Source: an uncultured Planctomycetota bacterium (GTDB taxonomy: Bacteria; Planctomycetota; Brocadiia; CAIUPP01). Taken from it: a stretch of DNA of 64,000 nucleotides. A program made the position numbers and the translations under genes. Shown piece by piece: positions 58,488 to 64,000 of this stretch. The DNA lies in the NCBI GenBank assembly GCA_903901045.1, contig CAIUPP010000109.1, forward strand, positions 6,407-70,406. Reading direction: 5' to 3'. How positions within the stretch are numbered: position 1 is the stretch's first letter; every line of letters begins with the position of its first letter. Below the pieces are notes generated by a model that did no database searches, was not told the origin of the DNA, and worked only from the letters and a program-made list of their open reading frames with translations.

Positions 58488-58588
58488 AAAGGCCGTGGGC
58501 TGCCGCTCAACGCACTTCGTCGAGCCGCGTCGACGGCTCTTTCGGCCGTGACCTCTGCGCCTCGCGGCGCTGGAATGTTGGAGCACCC

Positions 58589-59824
58589 ATGAAGAAGAAA
58601 CGCTTTGCCATCGTCGGCACGTCGAACCGCGCCCTGCACATGTTCGCCCTTCCGATCTCCGGCAGCTTCAGCGTCGGCAGCGAGCTCGCCGCCCTCTGCG
58701 ACCCTTCGCAGGTCCACATGGACCTGTTCAACAAGGCGCTGCCGCGGCCCGTGGCCACCTTCCGCGATTTCGATCAGATGGTTCGCGAGGTCGCGTTCGA
58801 CACGCTCATCGTCGTCACGCAGGACTGTTTCCACCACGAGTACATCATCCGGGGCCTCAAGGCCGGCAAGGACGTGATCACCGAGAAGCCGATGACCATC
58901 GACGACGCCAAGGTCCGCGCCATCCTTCGCGCCGAGAAACAGACCGGGCGCAAGGTCACCGTCACGTTCAATTACCGCTTCACGCCCGCGGCGACCCTCA
59001 TCCGGCAACTCCTCGCGGACGGCGCCATCGGCGAGGTGGTCACGGTGGACATGCACTGGCCTCTGGATTACCGGCACGGCGCGGACTATTTCCGCCGGTG
59101 GCACGCCCGGCGCGCCAACTCCGGCGGACTGCAGGTCCACAAGTCCACGCACCACTTCGACGCCATCAACTGGTGGCTCCAGGATGAGCCGGTCGCCGTC
59201 ACCGCGCAGGGCAGCCTGGCGTTTTACGGCAAGAACGGTCCGTTCCGCCATAAGCGCTGCCGCGGCTGCCCGCATCGCGGCAAGTGCCAGTTCTATTGGG
59301 ACATCACCGCCGATAAGTACATGGCGGACTTCTACGTCAATGCCGAGCAGGAAACCGGCTACATCCGCGATGGCTGCGTCTTCGATAACGAGATCGACAT
59401 CGAAGACAACTACTCGCTCATGGTGAGCTACAAGCGCGGCGCGCGGCTGTCGTATTCGCTTCAGGCGTGGTCGCAGTGGGAAGGGTACCGGGTGGAGTTC
59501 CAGGGCAAGAAAGGCCGGCTGGAGTACCTCGAAGTCCATGGCCCATCGGAAAAATGGGTCGAGCCGCGCCAGCGGACGATCAACCTCATGCTCAACGACG
59601 GCTCGCGCGCGTCGTTTGTCCCGCCCGAAGCGCAGGGCGGGCACAACGGCGGCGACGACCGGCTTCTCAAAATGGTCCTCGAACCGGGCCAGCCCGATCC
59701 GCTCGGACATCAGGCCGGAACGCTCGCCGCGGCGCACAGCGTCCTCATGGGCGTCGCCGCAACCCGCTCCATGCAGAATCACAACGCATGGGTGAAGATT
59801 GCCGATCTGCTGAAAGGCGCGTAA
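58589..59824 (+). CDS. Gfo/Idh/MocA-family oxidoreductase
   Basis: ITEKPM, TFNYRF, HGADYFRRWH, HKSTHHFD and GGHNGGD. Confidence 0.9.
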   Translation: MKKKRFAIVGTSNRALHMFALPISGSFSVGSELAALCDPSQVHMDLFNKALPRPVATFRDFDQMVREVAFDTLIVVTQDCFHHEYIIRGLKAGKDVITEKPMTIDDAKVRAILRAEKQTGRKVTVTFNYRFTPAATLIRQLLADGAIGEVVTVDMHWPLDYRHGADYFRRWHARRANSGGLQVHKSTHHFDAINWWLQDEPVAVTAQGSLAFYGKNGPFRHKRCRGCPHRGKCQFYWDITADKYMADFYVNAEQETGYIRDGCVFDNEIDIEDNYSLMVSYKRGARLSYSLQAWSQWEGYRVEFQGKKGRLEYLEVHGPSEKWVEPRQRTINLMLNDGSRASFVPPEAQGGHNGGDDRLLKMVLEPGQPDPLGHQAGTLAAAHSVLMGVAATRSMQNHNAWVKIADLLKGA

Positions 59825-59999
59825 CGTCGTCCGCTTCCTATCGGCGTGTTGCAGGAGGCTCAGGCGCGCATCGGGGAGTTCGTCGCCGCTGAACTGACGG
59901 CGTACGTGCAGAGCCCGCCGCTGAAAGGCGAAGTCACCCGCGAGCGGCTTGCGATCATGAAGGGAGCGTCCAGGTTTTTGACCAGGAAAGGCACTTGCC

Positions 60000-60806
60000 A
60001 TGGCGGCACCGACCATTCAAGACATTCTGAATTGGCTTTCGTCGCTCGCCAGAGGACATTATCCGGAAGACTGCCTCTATGAGGGCAAGCCGGAGAATGC
60101 GGCGACCGGCGTGCTCTTCTGCTGGATGGCCAACGCCGGCGCGCGCCAGGCGGCCCTGGACAGCGGCGTCAATGTGCTGGTGTCCCACGAGGCGCCGTAC
60201 TACGTAACCCGGAACGTTGATCCGGGCTGTCCTCCGCCGGAGGAATGGCAGGTCAATCAGAACATCAAGCAGTACTATGCCTCCCATGGAGTGGCCATCA
60301 TCCGGTCCCATCGCACGCTTGATGCCTACTGCATCCCGCGCCTCTTTGCCGAGCATCTCGGCTTTCCGGCCCCGGCGGTGCGGGAAGGCTACGAGGGCTA
60401 CGATTTCACGCTCGTGTACGATCTCCCGCGCCAGTCCTTCAGCGCCCTGACCGCGCAGCTTGGGAAAAAGATGCAGCTGGCGACGGTCCGCGCCAGCGCG
60501 TGCGATCCGGCCAAGCCCGTGAGCCGCGTCGGCATCGGCTGGGGCGGCGTGAGCCTCTCCACCAATCTGCAATACATGGAAAAGCTCAGGCGTCACGGGG
60601 TGGAGGTGGTCCTCGGCGGCGAGGTGGATGAGTACGCGCTGGAATATTATCGCGAATCGGGAATGGAATGGATTGAACTGGGGCATTATGCCAGTGAAAT
60701 CATCGGTCTGGCGGCGACCGCGACCGACCTGGCGCGGCGCTTCCCGCAATTGAAGGTGGAATGCTATCGAGACGCGGCTCGTCGCATGGCGCATTACGCG
60801 CTCTGA
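60000..60806 (+). CDS. NIF3-like dinuclear metal-centre protein
   Basis: VSHEAPYY, IRSHRTLD and ELGHYASE. Confidence 0.8.
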   Translation: MAAPTIQDILNWLSSLARGHYPEDCLYEGKPENAATGVLFCWMANAGARQAALDSGVNVLVSHEAPYYVTRNVDPGCPPPEEWQVNQNIKQYYASHGVAIIRSHRTLDAYCIPRLFAEHLGFPAPAVREGYEGYDFTLVYDLPRQSFSALTAQLGKKMQLATVRASACDPAKPVSRVGIGWGGVSLSTNLQYMEKLRRHGVEVVLGGEVDEYALEYYRESGMEWIELGHYASEIIGLAATATDLARRFPQLKVECYRDAARRMAHYAL

Positions 60807-60866
60807 TCCGTCGCCCGCAGCGTGGCGCGGATCAAGAACTTCGTGCTTACACAGGAGTGATGTTTC

Positions 60867-61922
60867 ATGAAGACGATGACGCCCCGGCAACGCGTGCTGG
60901 CCGCCCTTCGGCACGAGCCGACCGATCAGGTCCCCTTCACCATCTACGAGTGCAAAATCCCGCAGTGTGCCGTCGAGCGGCAATTGCGCAACGAGGGGCT
61001 CTGCATTGTCAACCGCCGCATCCCGGTCACTCAGGTGGTCCTGCCTCACTGCGTCACCGAGTCGCTCACGTATGACGAGAGCGGCCACACCCGCACGCGC
61101 ACCGTCATTCGCACCCCCTGCGGGGAATTGTCCTTCGTCACCCAGGCGGCCGGCTTCACGAGCTGGCTCATCGAACGGCTCTTCAAAGGGCCGGAGGACT
61201 ACCGGCGCATCCGGTGCATGATCCGGGATGAAGTGGTCACAGCCGCGTACGAAGGGTTTGCGGAGGCGGAGAAGTGGATGGGCCAGGACATCATCCTGCG
61301 CGCGGGCGTCGGCGGAAGCCCCCTGCATCAGATCATGATCCACTGGATGGGCGTCGAGGTCTTCTCTGAAGAGTGGATCGAGCGCCGCGACGAAATCCTC
61401 GCGCTTGAGAAGGCCCTGCGCGACAACTTGCGGAAGGTCTACCCCATCCTCGCCGCCGCGCCGATCACCCACGCCAACTTCGGCGGCAACGAAGTGCCCG
61501 AGGTCATGGGCCCGCCGCGATACCGTGAGTTCTGCCTCCCCCTTTTCGACGAGTGCGCGCAGGAGTTCCACAGGAAGGGCAAACTGCTCGGTTCGCACAT
61601 GGATGGCAACAACAAAGCCTGGGCGGCGGACGTGGCGAAATCGGGGCTGGACTACGTCGAGGCGTTCACCCCCTGGCCGGACACGGACATGACCCTGGAA
61701 GAGGCCCTCAAGGCGTGGCCGGACAAGGTGCTCTGGATCAACTTCCCCTCCTCCGTGCATCTGTCCAGCATCGACGTGATCAAGCGGACCACGCGCGAGC
61801 TGATCGAGGCGGCCGCAGGCACCCATCGCCTGATTCTCGGCATCACCGAAGACATCCCCGCCGACCGCTGGCAGGGGAACCTCCTGGCGATCTCTGAGGT
61901 GATCAACGAAATGGCCCGATGA
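60867..61922 (+). CDS. Uroporphyrinogen decarboxylase / methylcobamide methyltransferase superfamily protein
   Basis: MTPRQRVLAALRHEPTDQVPF, IRTPCGEL, SHMDGN and a C-terminal ILGITEDIP. Confidence 0.75.
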   Translation: MKTMTPRQRVLAALRHEPTDQVPFTIYECKIPQCAVERQLRNEGLCIVNRRIPVTQVVLPHCVTESLTYDESGHTRTRTVIRTPCGELSFVTQAAGFTSWLIERLFKGPEDYRRIRCMIRDEVVTAAYEGFAEAEKWMGQDIILRAGVGGSPLHQIMIHWMGVEVFSEEWIERRDEILALEKALRDNLRKVYPILAAAPITHANFGGNEVPEVMGPPRYREFCLPLFDECAQEFHRKGKLLGSHMDGNNKAWAADVAKSGLDYVEAFTPWPDTDMTLEEALKAWPDKVLWINFPSSVHLSSIDVIKRTTRELIEAAAGTHRLILGITEDIPADRWQGNLLAISEVINEMAR

Positions 61923-61935
61923 GAAGACGTCGCTC

Positions 61936-62373
61936 TCATGGAGACGGCTCGATCAGTTCTCCCAGGTGTTGACGATAGCGGACGGTTCCTGCGGTTTGCG
62001 GCATGAAGTTCGGATCGAGAACCCGGTTCCTAATTCCGACTCCGCGATGCGGGCGTTGCATGTGATAATGGCGCAGCCAGACGACCACAATGTGGTCCAG
62101 TTGCCGCAGCGAAAAGATCATGAAGTGGTTCAGGCGCTCATGTCCGAACTTCCCGATGAACGTCTCCACGAAGGCGTTGGCCTGGGGCGCGCCAATTGGA
62201 ATCTGGTTGGGTCGCACCCCCAGGTCCTTCCAGAATTGCCTGAAGTGCAGGCTGAACTTCGTGTCATGGTCGATGATCGGCATAGCGGGCTTGACGCGGA
62301 TCTCCTCCATCCACATCGACGCACAGCGTCCCTTGGCGGTCAGTCGTGCGATTAGCCGGCATCGGGCTTTCAA
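61936..62373 (-). pseudogene. Degraded integrase-core (rve) transposase fragment
   Basis: IIDHDTKF, PQANAFVETFI..ERLNHF and HYHMQRPHRG resemble DDE integrase cores. The N-terminal portion is missing. Confidence 0.75.
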
Positions 62374-62682
62374 ATAGCAAGCGGCGACAACCCAAAAGTT
62401 GCCCGTAACGTTAAGAATTTCCGATTACACGTGCGTTCCCTCCACCAGTGAAGAGAAGGCCGGGATCGGTAAGAAACCCACCGATTCCGGCCTTTTCGCT
62501 TTGTCCCTCAGCCTCTTTCGCGTTCCGCTCTTCCGTCAGATGTCCAGCACCGGACGCTGCCCGGACAACTGGCGTTTGTGGCGGAAACCCGTCCGGCAAT
62601 CAACACCCCCACCCTCTATGCCAGTCGCCTTGTCTGGTCGTCACGCGTCCCCACGTATGCATTCATGGTGAGATTAGATAGT

Positions 62683-63966
62683 TCAGGACAGCAGGGCCGT
62701 TACCTCCTCCTTGAATCGCCGTTCAAATTCATCTGTACACCAGCAGAACGACGTGGGCTCATATCCGCCTTCCTCGAAGTGCCGCGCAAGAGGAAGATAA
62801 AGGAAACTGTCGCCGCAGTTGCCGGCGACGGCAAGGAACTGATCAGGGATTGCGCTCTGAGCGAAGAGCTGGTACTCAACGAAGGGCTCCCCAGGCAGGA
62901 ACAGAACCCGTGAGTTCCCCAACGTCAGAAGCGTGAGGGTATAGTTGAGATTCCCCGGGTACTCGATGCACGTCAAGAGCGCAGCGGCAGTGAGCTTGTC
63001 GACGCTCGTGAAGCGTTCGCCGGCACATGCGGCGCGCAACGCATCCTTGTTCAGGGGCTTGGCAGGGAACGGAAAGGAAGAGACGCGCCAATTCACGGGA
63101 TCCACAGGCTCCCAGATCATGGAGTCGAGGTTGCGTCCGATGCCATCGGCCAGTCGTTTGCCGAACGTGAGCAGATTGCTCTCCAAGTCGTGGACCGATG
63201 AGTACTTTCCTGCAGTGACGTTGCCGCCTGCGCCGGTGAAGAAGGCATGGAGGCCCGCGGGGTGTTCGGCAAGCAAGCGCATAGCCTCACCGGGGGCGTC
63301 GCCGCTATACAAACGACGCCCACTGGCCACCTGGGGATGCGTGGCATAAAAAGTCATGGACCCGAGAAGATTGGCCGCGGAGTCCCGAAACGCCACGCTC
63401 CGCAGCATCGGGTCAATGGTTCCGACCGGCGCGCGGCGAAGCTCCTCCTCTTCACACCGGCTCCACCGCATGCCCTTGACCTTGCCGTCCGGTCCAAGAA
63501 TACGGCGGTTCGAGGCATAACCATTCAAGCGAGTCTCACTGTGCCCGACAGCCGCCACACTGTGCATGTTGGCCAGGCAGGTGCGCGCGGCTTCGGCGCA
63601 GCGGCCGGTTACGCTTCTCCACCACGCCCTTGGATGTGTCTCCACATGGAGAATGGCATCGAGTTCAAAATCGATAAGCGGCGCATCGTGCTGATGGACG
63701 CAGTGGAGGACCACTTGATGGGGGGCAATCTCCACGGCCCTGGCCAGTGCGCCGACCAGCAGATCGTGCGCGCTGTTCATGAGGCCGGTGTAATCCAAAC
63801 TTGCGACGACGTACCGCGTATCGTTGGCCGCCAGGACGAACCCTCGAAGCCACAGGGGGTCTCTCACGCCGGTGGCCGTCGTGTTATCGATCCCGAAGCC
63901 GATCTTCCCCCCGGCCGGAGGGGTGCAGTCCACCTTGAACGTTCCCAGTTGCAGCATGTGCATCAT
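62683..63966 (-). CDS. Neutral-ceramidase-like metallohydrolase, hypothetical
   Basis: VDCTPP, RDPLWLRGFVL, HCVHQHDAP, FYATHP, FFTGAGGNV, LPGEPFVEYQL and YLP..EGGYE. Confidence 0.7.
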   Translation of the reverse strand: MMHMLQLGTFKVDCTPPAGGKIGFGIDNTTATGVRDPLWLRGFVLAANDTRYVVASLDYTGLMNSAHDLLVGALARAVEIAPHQVVLHCVHQHDAPLIDFELDAILHVETHPRAWWRSVTGRCAEAARTCLANMHSVAAVGHSETRLNGYASNRRILGPDGKVKGMRWSRCEEEELRRAPVGTIDPMLRSVAFRDSAANLLGSMTFYATHPQVASGRRLYSGDAPGEAMRLLAEHPAGLHAFFTGAGGNVTAGKYSSVHDLESNLLTFGKRLADGIGRNLDSMIWEPVDPVNWRVSSFPFPAKPLNKDALRAACAGERFTSVDKLTAAALLTCIEYPGNLNYTLTLLTLGNSRVLFLPGEPFVEYQLFAQSAIPDQFLAVAGNCGDSFLYLPLARHFEEGGYEPTSFCWCTDEFERRFKEEVTALLS

Positions 63967-64000
63967 CTTTCGTTCGCAGTAACGGCTTATTCAGTTGCGG

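Noticed and set aside
59846-60082. 78-aa ORF before the NIF3-like gene
   Set aside because: It has no clear RBS or motif and overlaps the next gene. At most it is a gene remnant.

Overview
High-GC bacterial window, probably from the PVC group or a Planctomycetota-like lineage (inferred from the DUF1559-type prepilin protein, bacterial Top6B and the integrase fragment). In order it contains: a TPR-like gene and top6B with no adjacent top6A; a small accessory or defence islet (REP-bracketed orphan gene, MNT with a truncated HEPN start, a lower-GC caspase/wHTH gene coupled to a DNA methyltransferase); pdxB and a GT2; a 1463-aa secreted repeat protein; a ~1.9-kb islet at tRNA-Met carrying a PAS-GGDEF gene; an mvk-mvaD-ipk operon (alternative mevalonate route); serA; an unexplained structured transcription unit with a 19-nt complement to the 16S rRNA 3' end; icd, tRNA-Leu, a fucose isomerase and an MFS transporter; a sigma54 nitrogen cluster (NifA-like activator, amtB, P-II, glnA, gltBD) with a recurring CCTAC-N6-GTAGG site; a DUF262/DUF1524 (GmrSD-like) gene; an EamA transporter; tmRNA; and a ~19-kb LacI-controlled glycan-utilisation region with two divergent paralogous LamG glycoside-hydrolase-like genes. 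Intergenic DNA is dense with several REP/MITE-like palindrome families and heptamer arrays. All family assignments come from motif recognition by eye; no database searches were run.
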